From a virus (lineage: Duplodnaviria; Caudoviricetes): a stretch of DNA of 36,463 bases. The stretch spans positions 1 to 36,463 of the IMG/VR virus record IMGVR_UViG_3300028633_000022, one strand, 5' to 3'. Numbering within the stretch: the stretch's first letter is position 1; the number at the start of each line of letters is the position of its first letter. A program made the translations under genes and the position numbers. Positions 16,754-25,219 of this stretch are shown in pieces. The notes under the pieces are model-generated. The model searched no databases, was not told where the DNA came from, and saw only the letters and a program-made list of their open reading frames with translations.

Positions 16754-17573
16754 ATATCCAGTGTACATTATCTCTAAAGGCCGATGGAAGTCCAGGTTGA
16801 CTAGCAAAAGTCTGGAGCGTATGAATGTTCCATATAGAATTGTAGTGGAACCCCAGGAATGGAAAGAATATGCTAGGGTTATCCACCGCAACAAGATCCT
16901 GACCCTACCATTTAGCAATCTTGGTCAAGGTTCTATCCCTGCTAGAAACTGGGTCTGGGATCATTCTATACAAGAAGGGCATAAAAAGCACTGGATACTG
17001 GATGATAACATAGGTTGTTTCTACCGGTTAAACCATAATCTAAAATATAGGGTTTGGTCTGGAACCATTTTCCGGGTGGCTGAGATCTTCACTGATCGTT
17101 ACAGTAATGTAGCAATCTCAGGGTTTAACTAGGAATTGCTAATCCCCAGAAAAAGAAAAAATCCTCCTTTCTACTTAAACACAAGGGTGTACTCCAATCT
17201 CTTAATCCGTAATGATCTACCATATAGGTGGAGAGGTCGGTACAATGAAGACACAGATCTTTGCTTACGAGCATTAAAAGGAGGATGGTGTACCATCTTG
17301 TTCAACGCTTTCCTGGCAGATAAAATAGCTACCATGTCCATGAAAGGAGGTAATACAGATGAGCTATACAAGGATGATGGCCGGCTGAAAATGGCTCAGT
17401 CCCTAGTAGACCAACACCCAGATGTAGCAAGGGTTTCATTTAAGTGGGGAAGACCCCAACACCATGTAGATTATTCCAAGTTCAAGAAGAACAAACTCAA
17501 GCTCAAACCAGGATTGGAAATACCAGAAGGAATCAATGAATATGGATTGGTTCTGAGAAGAGTGGAGGTGTAA
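16743..17573 (+). CDS. TET/JBP-associated (TAGT/GREB1-like) glycosyltransferase with in-frame TAG at 17130-17132
   Basis: PVYIISKGR and HWILDDNI in first ORF, RYNEDTDL and KGGNT in second; both in one frame. Confidence 0.8.
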
Positions 17574-17574
17574 G

Positions 17575-17955
17575 ATGTTTTCGAGGGAGAATGCAGACAA
17601 CAATGAGATCAGAAAAGTTCTCAAAGAAAAGTATCCTGACCTCATTTATGTCTCCAGAAAATCTATCAATGCTGACTGTTATGTGATGAATTCCAATGGA
17701 CTTATCCTTCACCAGAAGGCTAAAGCCTTCGAGATTTTGGAATTGCTTACCGCTCCTAGAATCAACTTCTACACTCCCACAGTAAAATCTTCAGGTCCAG
17801 GAGGTGATGTTCCAGTTTCTATTGAGAACCAGATAGAATATTGGAAGATTCAGAAGGACAAGTTGTTACAACAAAGGACCAAAGCTTATCCAGATTGGAA
17901 GAGAAGGTTGAAAGAAATGGAAACCACTATCAAAGAACTGAGGAGAGAAATATGA
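17575..17955 (+). CDS. hypothetical protein
   Basis: 126-aa ORF, GGAGGT RBS. Confidence 0.7.
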   Translation: MFSRENADNNEIRKVLKEKYPDLIYVSRKSINADCYVMNSNGLILHQKAKAFEILELLTAPRINFYTPTVKSSGPGGDVPVSIENQIEYWKIQKDKLLQQRTKAYPDWKRRLKEMETTIKELRREI

Positions 17956-18947
17956 AAGCATTGGATCTTAAACGCACCTTGGAATTGGTAAAACCAGGCT
18001 TGGCCCGGAAGGAACTCCTGGAACAGTCCACCAGTATTATCTTCCGGAAAAACCATATCTTCACTTTCAATGATGAAGTGGCTGTGGTGGCTCCCCTGGA
18101 TACTGGGATCACTGGAGCAGTTCCTTCAGATCCTCTGTACGCCTTTCTTGGAAAATTGGGAGAAGGAGCTGAGATCAAGGTGGAAGCTCCGGAGAATGAG
18201 TTCAGATTCTCCTCAGGAAGAAATCGAGCTGGAATCCGAAGAGATGAAGATATCAAACTGCCCCTGGATGAGGAGATACCGGAGCCCGAAGAATGGATTG
18301 CCCTCCCGGAAAAGTTCCTAGAGGCTCTGAGAAGGATCTTGTTCAGCTGTGCTGGGAGCGGCCATAGACCTATCCTCACCTGTATCCACATAACTAAGGA
18401 TTGGATGGAAAGCTGTGATGGATATCGTATGACCCGGGCTAAAGTCCGATGGGAATCAGAGGATAATCTTTGTATTGTGGGAAAGAATCTGGAGAAGCTT
18501 GCCCAATATTCTCCCACCCACTTTGGACCTTCTTCCAACTGGATCCAATTTAAGAACCAGGGTGGAGTACGTTATGCTGTTCGTGTAGTAGATGGAGAAT
18601 ACCCAGACTTGGACAAGTTTACTGAAGTAGAAGGAGAGGAAATTGAGTTTCCAACAGAGATGGAAAATGCTCTGGATTGGGCTGCCATCATCGTAGATTC
18701 TTCAATTAAGTTCACCCAAAAGATAGATGTTAGCATCGGAAAAGGCCAGTGTACTGTTAAAGGAGAAGGTCCAGAAGGCTGGGCGGATAAATCTGTTCGT
18801 ATGAAGTATTCTGGAAAACCCATAACCTTCCAGGCCCATCCACAAATGCTAAAGGAAATGGTCAAACTTGCCAGTAGGACCACTGTGGGGGACAAGTCCA
18901 TAAAGATCGAAGGAGAAGATTTCATTCACATCATATCCCTGGAGTAA
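17952..18947 (+). CDS. dnaN: DNA polymerase beta sliding clamp (DnaN-like)
   Basis: RPILTCIHI, CDGYRM, RVVDGEYPD match beta-clamp motifs; GAGGAG RBS, ATG 17952. Confidence 0.8.
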   Translation: MKALDLKRTLELVKPGLARKELLEQSTSIIFRKNHIFTFNDEVAVVAPLDTGITGAVPSDPLYAFLGKLGEGAEIKVEAPENEFRFSSGRNRAGIRRDEDIKLPLDEEIPEPEEWIALPEKFLEALRRILFSCAGSGHRPILTCIHITKDWMESCDGYRMTRAKVRWESEDNLCIVGKNLEKLAQYSPTHFGPSSNWIQFKNQGGVRYAVRVVDGEYPDLDKFTEVEGEEIEFPTEMENALDWAAIIVDSSIKFTQKIDVSIGKGQCTVKGEGPEGWADKSVRMKYSGKPITFQAHPQMLKEMVKLASRTTVGDKSIKIEGEDFIHIISLE

Positions 18948-18949
18948 AG

Positions 18950-19210
18950 ATGATCTTATACCCAAGGAAAAAGAAATTCAAATGTAAAGTCTGCGGAGAG
19001 CCCATCCACTGTGAGAATGCTACGCATGACAGTTGTAAGGAGGATGGATTGGATTCCGGCGGCCGAAGGCGAATAAACATATACCTCGACCGAGCTTACA
19101 AGGAGATAAAGGAAGGACTTTCTAGCAAGGTGAAAACAAAAACCTGGTCCAAGAAAGATGGGAAAGACAAGCTTCGAGAACTGTTCCCAGATATGGTGGA
19201 TAGACTATGA
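18950..19210 (+). CDS. small Zn-finger hypothetical protein
   Basis: CKVCG...H..C; GGAG RBS. Confidence 0.6.
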   Translation: MILYPRKKKFKCKVCGEPIHCENATHDSCKEDGLDSGGRRRINIYLDRAYKEIKEGLSSKVKTKTWSKKDGKDKLRELFPDMVDRL

Positions 19211-20565
19211 ATAATGGATTCTTCAAAAACTCTCATGATCCAGCTTTGTCCTCCCGCATTAAGTTAACAGGATGTTCCAGCTGTGGCCTATCCTCGGGTT
19301 GCCTTCATCCAAAGATGGAACCCACTGGACAAGGACAAAAGAAGATCCTTTTTGTGGCTGAAGGACCTGGAGAGGATGAAGATAGACTGGGGACCCAACT
19401 CATAGGGAGAGTGGGGCAAAGGCTCAGAAGAACAATACAGGAAATGGGATTTGATCTGGACAAAGATTGTAGAAAGACCAATGCTGTACGATGCCGCCCT
19501 CCTGAGAATAGGTCCCCAACAGGCCTGGAAATATCCCAATGTAGAAATCACATATTTGAGGAGATAGAGAAATCCAAACCCCAGGTGATAATTCTCCTTG
19601 GGGGATCGGCTGTTCTCTCGCTATTGGGAGATAGATGGAAGGGAAATTCAGACTTCACCGTTAGTAGATGGAGAGGATTGACCATACCTGATCATGAATT
19701 AGAAGCCTGGGTTTGTCCCACCTTTCATCCCAGCTATGTGGAGAGAAGTGACCACTATGCCCCAGCCGTGGATGTTATATGGAAAAGGGATCTCAAGAGA
19801 GCATTGAACTTATGCGGAACTCCTCTCCCTGAGAAGCCTGACCCTGAGATCAGAATGTTAAAGGGAAAGCAAATAGAGGAGTATTTGCTTGGATTGTGGA
19901 GAAGAGGAAAGTCAACAGATATGGTAAAAACCAAGTTTCCCTTTGCTGGTCTTACTCCAGGGACGGAAGAGTGGATGATCTATTGGAAGAACAACCGAAA
20001 GCAGCAGAGAAATATGCTAATGTACCAAAGAAATCCAGTACTGTTGATTTCCCCATCTCCTCTGACCATAGCCTTTGACTATGAGACCACTGGATTAAAA
20101 CCTTATCGGGAAGACCATAAAATACTATGTTGCTCTATAGCTGAAAGTCCTGACCTGGTAAATGTATGGATGTGGAGCAAGGGTTCCATACCAATGTTCA
20201 ATGAGGTGATGAAATTAGGAACCATAATGAAGATTGCTGGTAATATCAAGTTCGAGCACATATGGACACGCCAGATATGTAGATCAGAGATTCAGGGATG
20301 GTGGTGGGATACAGTAGTGGCCGGTAAAACCTTAGATCACCGGCCAGGGAATAGCAATGTGAAGTTCCAAGCATACAGTCGTCTGGGGATCATAGATTAT
20401 GGCAGTCGAATCCAGCCCTTCATATCCTCTACAGATGGTACTAGCAATGGATTCAACCGTCTCCAGGAGATTCCATCCAGAGAGTTAATGGAGTATTGCG
20501 CAATGGATTCTGCTCTGGAATATGGGATAGCTCTGGACCAAAGGAAGGAGATGGGATATGCCTAA
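19207..20565 (+). CDS. family 4 uracil-DNA glycosylase-like domain fused to 3'-5' exonuclease (N-terminal part of split DNA polymerase)
   Basis: CSSC, EGPGEDED, NAVRCRPP.NR.P, FHPSY (UDG); FDYETTGL, NIKFE, YCAMD (Exo I-III). Confidence 0.88.
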   Translation: MNNGFFKNSHDPALSSRIKLTGCSSCGLSSGCLHPKMEPTGQGQKKILFVAEGPGEDEDRLGTQLIGRVGQRLRRTIQEMGFDLDKDCRKTNAVRCRPPENRSPTGLEISQCRNHIFEEIEKSKPQVIILLGGSAVLSLLGDRWKGNSDFTVSRWRGLTIPDHELEAWVCPTFHPSYVERSDHYAPAVDVIWKRDLKRALNLCGTPLPEKPDPEIRMLKGKQIEEYLLGLWRRGKSTDMVKTKFPFAGLTPGTEEWMIYWKNNRKQQRNMLMYQRNPVLLISPSPLTIAFDYETTGLKPYREDHKILCCSIAESPDLVNVWMWSKGSIPMFNEVMKLGTIMKIAGNIKFEHIWTRQICRSEIQGWWWDTVVAGKTLDHRPGNSNVKFQAYSRLGIIDYGSRIQPFISSTDGTSNGFNRLQEIPSRELMEYCAMDSALEYGIALDQRKEMGYA

Positions 20566-21967
20566 AATATGGGCTGCAACCAAAGAGGCATATCAACTAT
20601 TCCATGATGGGTCCCTGGCTCTGGCTGAAGCAGAATTCAATGGAATAAGATGTGATCAAAACTACTGCCGCCGTATGATCTCCAACATTGAGAGACAGGT
20701 CAAATCCCTGACTTCTCAACTGGACTCCACTGAGATAGGAAAAATCTGGAGAACCAGATTCGGCTCCCAGATGTCTTATTCCAGCGATACCCAGCTCCGA
20801 AAGATCCTTATAGAAGATCTGAATTTCAAGTCCAACAAGAAGACTGCCAAGGGCAACATATCGGTGGATAAGCAGGTTCTGGAATCTGTGGACAGGGAGG
20901 ATGTTCGGCTCCTAATGAAAAAGAGAAACCTAGAGAAGATGTCTGGAACCTACCTGAAGAACATTTTGGAAGAATCCTTAGCAGATGGATACATCCACCC
21001 CTTCTTCCATCTCTCTGAGTTTAGTGACTCAAAGGCTGGAGGAGCCAGAAGCTTCCGTGGCAGTAGTTCTGATCCAAACTTTCAGAACCAGCCAAATAGG
21101 CATGAGGATGACAGGAAGCTTATCCGAAGAGCCTTCCTTCCCAGGCCGGGCCATAGGATTGTCGGGAGGGATTATGGGGCTATGGAGTTCAGAATCTCAG
21201 CTTGTCTTCACCAAGATCCAAACATGATAAGGTACATTGAGAATGGAGATGATCCCCATCGAGATGTAGCTTCCCACTGCTTCCTACTTGATCCAGATCT
21301 TTGTACAAAGAAATGCGGGGAGTATGGAAAGAATATCCGGCATGTAGGAAAGAACAGTGTGACCTTTGCCCAGATGTACTTCCAGGAGCCTGAGAACACT
21401 GCTGAGGGAATATGGAAAGCCATAAAAGATATGGACCTCAGAGTTCCAAATGATCCAGAGAAAAAGCTCATTTCCCACCTCAAGGATAAGAAAATTGGAA
21501 CCTTTGACTCTTTCAATAATCATATTGTAAGCAAGGTCATCCCTTGGTTCTGGAATGAGATGTTCCCAGAGTATGGTAGATGGAGAATAAAGTGGTTGGA
21601 AGACTATAACAAGAAAGGATACTTCGATATGATAACTGGGTTCAGAGTGGAGGGGGTCCTATCGAAGTACCAGCTGGGGAATTATCCAATCCAAGGGCCA
21701 GCTTTCCATTGTCTTCTATGGTCCATGATTCAAGTCCATAAGCTTTGGAAGGAGAAGAAAGCTAATAGCAAGCTAATTGGACAGATCCATGATGAATTAA
21801 CCACAGATGAACCTGGGGAAGAGTTTGAGGAGAACCAGAAGATAATACCCAGAATAATGTCAGAGGACATAAGAAAATCTTGGCCTTGGATAGTTGTACC
21901 ACTTTCTGTTGAATCCTCAGCAACTCCTGTGAATGGTAACTGGTACGAAAAGAAGGATATTTCCTAA
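20558..21967 (+). CDS. polA: family A DNA polymerase, polymerase domain
   Basis: SSSDPNFQNQP, motif A DYGAMEFR, motif B RHVGK....F...Y, NYPIQG, motif C QIHDEL; own AAGGAG RBS. Confidence 0.92.
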   Translation: MPKIWAATKEAYQLFHDGSLALAEAEFNGIRCDQNYCRRMISNIERQVKSLTSQLDSTEIGKIWRTRFGSQMSYSSDTQLRKILIEDLNFKSNKKTAKGNISVDKQVLESVDREDVRLLMKKRNLEKMSGTYLKNILEESLADGYIHPFFHLSEFSDSKAGGARSFRGSSSDPNFQNQPNRHEDDRKLIRRAFLPRPGHRIVGRDYGAMEFRISACLHQDPNMIRYIENGDDPHRDVASHCFLLDPDLCTKKCGEYGKNIRHVGKNSVTFAQMYFQEPENTAEGIWKAIKDMDLRVPNDPEKKLISHLKDKKIGTFDSFNNHIVSKVIPWFWNEMFPEYGRWRIKWLEDYNKKGYFDMITGFRVEGVLSKYQLGNYPIQGPAFHCLLWSMIQVHKLWKEKKANSKLIGQIHDELTTDEPGEEFEENQKIIPRIMSEDIRKSWPWIVVPLSVESSATPVNGNWYEKKDIS

Positions 21968-22068
21968 TGAGTCGATTATGTGAATGTGGTTGTGGTGGTA
22001 TTCCAAACCCAGGAAATAGATTTATTAGAAACCATCACGCTAGTTGGTATGAAAAGAAAGGAGTTTAG
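21967..22068 (+). pseudogene. 33-aa CxCGCG mini-ORF, probable homing endonuclease remnant
   Basis: MSRLCECGCGGIPNPGNRFIRNHHASWYEKKGV; TAATG coupling; its end duplicates the polA end. Confidence 0.5.
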
Positions 22069-23001
22069 ATGCCCCTACACACTGACTATCGGCCGACCAA
22101 ACTTGATTCCATAACAGGAAACCAAGATACAGTCCAAGCTCTCAAAGTCCATCTCCAGAAGAAGTCCCCGAACAGGAGCCTTTTGTTCATTGGACCTTCT
22201 GGATGTGGGAAGACCACCCTGGCTATCTGTGTTGCTAATGAGCTTGAAAGCTATGATGACTGGAACTTCTCTATGCTCAATGCTTCAGACTTCCGGGGCA
22301 TAGATACAGTCAGAGAGGTGAGAGAACAAGCTCGAAGAAAGCCCTTGGGATCTGGTAGGTGCAGAATATGGCTCTTTGATGAATGCCATAAGCTTACTGG
22401 AGATGCCCAAGAAGCCATCCTCAAGTTATTGGAAGATCCTCCTCCTGATTGTTGGTTTCTACTGGCCACTACCAATCCTGAGAACCTAAAAGTGACTCTT
22501 AGGAGAAGATGTACTGAATTTCAGGTGGGGCCAGTATCAGACCGGGAACTTTCTCAACTCATCTTCCGAATTACCAAGAGGGAAAAGAAACACATTCCGG
22601 AAGAAGTCATAAAACAAATTTGCCAAGACTCCCTGGGCTCTCCTGGGATGGCTCTCAACATTGTGGATAAAGTAATTGATCTACCCCTGGACCAGATGGC
22701 CAAATCTGCTAGGAAGTGGGCTGAGAGAAGTAGCAATGTAATAACTCTGTGCCAGACACTCATGGCAGCTCTGAAAAAGAAAGGAGGATGGAAAGACATC
22801 TTGGCCATACTCAAAGATCTTCAGGAGGAGAACCCAGAGACCATACGCCGACAGGTTCTGGAATACTTCAACAAAGTTGGACTGGGGGGAAATGAGTCGG
22901 CCTTCTTAGTTGGATACCCATTTGAGCTGGCAGATTGTTACAAGAATGGAAAATGGGCATTGTACTCTGCCTGTTACCAGGCTTTCTTTCCCCCAACTTA
23001 A
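22069..23001 (+). CDS. dnaX: clamp loader ATPase (DnaX gamma/tau-like)
   Basis: YRP, GPSGCGKTT, DECHKLT..AQ.A.LKLLEDPP, LATT.P, RRRC. Confidence 0.88.
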   Translation: MPLHTDYRPTKLDSITGNQDTVQALKVHLQKKSPNRSLLFIGPSGCGKTTLAICVANELESYDDWNFSMLNASDFRGIDTVREVREQARRKPLGSGRCRIWLFDECHKLTGDAQEAILKLLEDPPPDCWFLLATTNPENLKVTLRRRCTEFQVGPVSDRELSQLIFRITKREKKHIPEEVIKQICQDSLGSPGMALNIVDKVIDLPLDQMAKSARKWAERSSNVITLCQTLMAALKKKGGWKDILAILKDLQEENPETIRRQVLEYFNKVGLGGNESAFLVGYPFELADCYKNGKWALYSACYQAFFPPT

Positions 23002-23008
23002 AAAATTA

Positions 23009-23037
23009 TTTACTTTTTAAGAATGTTAGTATATAAT
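23009..23037 (+). promoter_or_regulatory. sigma70-type promoter P3
   Basis: TTTACT-17 bp-TATAAT ahead of TAAGGAGG RBS. Confidence 0.75.
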
Positions 23038-23069
23038 ATCTCTTGGAAAATTTAAGGAGGGGAAAGAAA

Positions 23070-23576
23070 ATGGACTATGAGAGGGACAAGTTAGTGGACT
23101 TGAACAATCTCCACTTTGAGTGGATGAGGCAGGTTCAATTGGCCAAGGACTATGAAGAGGAGGTGGTGTTAGCAAAGAAGAAAGTTGATGACTTCGAGGA
23201 GAAGGTGAAAGTGGAAGAAGCTCTTGCTGGAGAAAGAGCCCGGACCAAACTCTCCACTTCTGGAAAGTTCACTGTTGACATGGTAAGAGATGCTGTGATG
23301 CTTGACACTGAGTTCTCAGAAAGAAAGGAGGAATACAGGAACGCAGTTCTGGAGTTAGGTCTTTGCCGAGCAGCATCAAAATCCATTGATACCAAGAAGT
23401 CAGCTCTTGAAGCTCTGGTGGAGTTATTCAAACGGGAATACTTCGGCACTCCTTTCGAACACCGGGACTATGAGGAATGGGAGGGAAAAAGGTTCACTAA
23501 AGACACAGCCAAAGTCCTCAGGGATCAGGCTAATGACCGGGCCAAGGAAGCAGCCCAAAAGAAAAGGAGAAGTTAA
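23070..23576 (+). CDS. UvsY-like recombination mediator (putative)
   Basis: all-helical ~168 aa, beside SSB and RecA-like genes; mostly a context call. Confidence 0.5.
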   Translation: MDYERDKLVDLNNLHFEWMRQVQLAKDYEEEVVLAKKKVDDFEEKVKVEEALAGERARTKLSTSGKFTVDMVRDAVMLDTEFSERKEEYRNAVLELGLCRAASKSIDTKKSALEALVELFKREYFGTPFEHRDYEEWEGKRFTKDTAKVLRDQANDRAKEAAQKKRRS

Positions 23577-23578
23577 AT

Positions 23579-24805
23579 ATGGCAGGAAGACCAAGTGTAG
23601 TAGACAGGAGGAAGCAGGCAGCAGCCAGGGCACGTCAGAAGGCATCAGAGTCCCAAGCAAGGCATGCTGGATCAGATTACCTGAAGTGGCCTGGAAAGAA
23701 GTTCCAACCCAAGGACAAGGCCACAACCCTGTGGTCAGTTATCCCTTACATCGTCAAGGAGAGGAATCACCCGGATGGCTCCGACCTTCAAGATCAACTT
23801 TGGTATAAACGCCCCTATGTAATCCATGCAGGAATTGGAGCTGGTGAGTATGGGAAGCGGGTTGTTTGTCCCCGGACCTTCCACCCCAGAGCCCAATGCT
23901 CAGTTTGTGAGGATGTTGAAGCCCTCCGCAAAGCAGTTCGGGACCGACGGAAACAACTCACTGAGGAGGAGTTCAAGAAAGAGATGGACTCCGCATCCAC
24001 TTGTAAAGGCAAACACCGGGATCTTATGCTTGTCTATTCCCACGACGACCAGGAGATATACCTAGTGGACGAGGCCCACGGTGGGGGCAATATGGTTGGG
24101 TTCGGAATGCTTCTGGACTCCCGAATCACCAACCCTCTGGCGGAGGAATGGGCGGCATTCTACCTGGATGGTGATGACGGCATGGCCCTCTCCATCACCT
24201 GGGCTGGATCTGGATCTGGTGGTAAGATGGACTGGGTGAAGCCCATTAGCATCGACTTCGTTGACCGGAAGAAAGCTCCTGTACCTGCCTCAGTTTGGGA
24301 AAAGGCCGTGGAGTTGTCTGAACTCCTGGTCAAGGTATCTGACAAAGAGCTTTGGGCCATGTACCAGGAACTTCCTCCAGAAGAGGAAGAAGACGAAGAG
24401 GAGCCAGAAGAAGAGGAGGAGCCTGAGCCAGAAGAATCAGAAGAGAAGGATGAGTTGGATGAGATGGACCGCTCAGCTCTCAAAGCTTTAATCAAGGAAA
24501 AAGGTCTGGATATCAAGGTCACCAAGTCCATGACTGATGATGAGATTCGGGACTCTATCCGAGAATCCGAGGAGGATGAGGAAGAAGAGGAAGATGACGA
24601 TATCCCTTTTGAAGAACCTCCAGCCAAGGAGGAGCCCAAGAAACTAGCAAGAACAAGGACCACAGCACCCCCAACTAAGGAAGAGAAACCTTCCAAGGGT
24701 AAGTGCCCGGGTGGGGGCACTTTTGGCAAGGACTTCAATGAATTGGATGCTTGTGCTAAGTCCTGCCCTGATGCCACTTATGATGAGTGTGCAAAGGCCA
24801 ACTAG
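23579..24805 (+). CDS. single-stranded DNA-binding protein (T4 gp32-like)
   Basis: H...VVCP.T.....CSVCE Zn motif, long acidic tail, extra Cys-rich C-terminus. Confidence 0.7.
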   Translation: MAGRPSVVDRRKQAAARARQKASESQARHAGSDYLKWPGKKFQPKDKATTLWSVIPYIVKERNHPDGSDLQDQLWYKRPYVIHAGIGAGEYGKRVVCPRTFHPRAQCSVCEDVEALRKAVRDRRKQLTEEEFKKEMDSASTCKGKHRDLMLVYSHDDQEIYLVDEAHGGGNMVGFGMLLDSRITNPLAEEWAAFYLDGDDGMALSITWAGSGSGGKMDWVKPISIDFVDRKKAPVPASVWEKAVELSELLVKVSDKELWAMYQELPPEEEEDEEEPEEEEEPEPEESEEKDELDEMDRSALKALIKEKGLDIKVTKSMTDDEIRDSIRESEEDEEEEEDDDIPFEEPPAKEEPKKLARTRTTAPPTKEEKPSKGKCPGGGTFGKDFNELDACAKSCPDATYDECAKAN

Positions 24806-24832
24806 ATTCAATTAGGTTGTAGAATGCAATTT

Positions 24833-24864
24833 CCCCTGGAAAAGAAATATCTCCAGGGGTTTTT
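24833..24864 (+). terminator. intrinsic terminator
   Basis: CCCCTGGA/TCCAGGGG stem followed by TTTTT after SSB stop. Confidence 0.7.
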
Positions 24865-24901
24865 GGATTCAATAACTGATGGGAGGAGGTGGTAAAGAGA
24901 G

Positions 24902-25219
24902 ATGCCAAAATACATCAATGCAAGCCAGGCTCATAAAATTCTAATACGAAAGGGATTCAACTTGAGCTATCCCACTGCTATAAAATGGTTGAGGGATAAT
25001 GGGTTGGCAAACCAGATTGGCCCATATGGAACAATAAGTGTGGATCTGGAGATGATGAATGAATACCTACACTCATTGACTAAAGCCAAGGAAAATAACA
25101 AGAAAGCCAAAAGATCAAATTTTTGGCTTCCTAGCCGAAAACCACCAGGAAGGAAAAAACAAAATGCCGAAGGAGAGAACCAAACCATTAGCCCAGCAAG
25201 TTCTGGAAAGAAAATCTGA
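24902..25219 (+). CDS. small HTH/excisionase-like DNA-binding protein
   Basis: YINASQA...SYPTAIKWLR pattern; GGAGGTGG upstream. Confidence 0.5.
   Translation: MPKYINASQAHKILIRKGFNLSYPTAIKWLRDNGLANQIGPYGTISVDLEMMNEYLHSLTKAKENNKKAKRSNFWLPSRKPPGRKKQNAEGENQTISPASSGKKI

Noticed and set aside
20540-20570. Intron or programmed frameshift joining polymerase halves
   Set aside because: No intervening sequence or slippery heptamer; downstream ORF has its own RBS and ATG
24160-24777. Poly-Ser - strand ORF
   Set aside because: Reverse complement of the GAA/GAG-rich SSB tail
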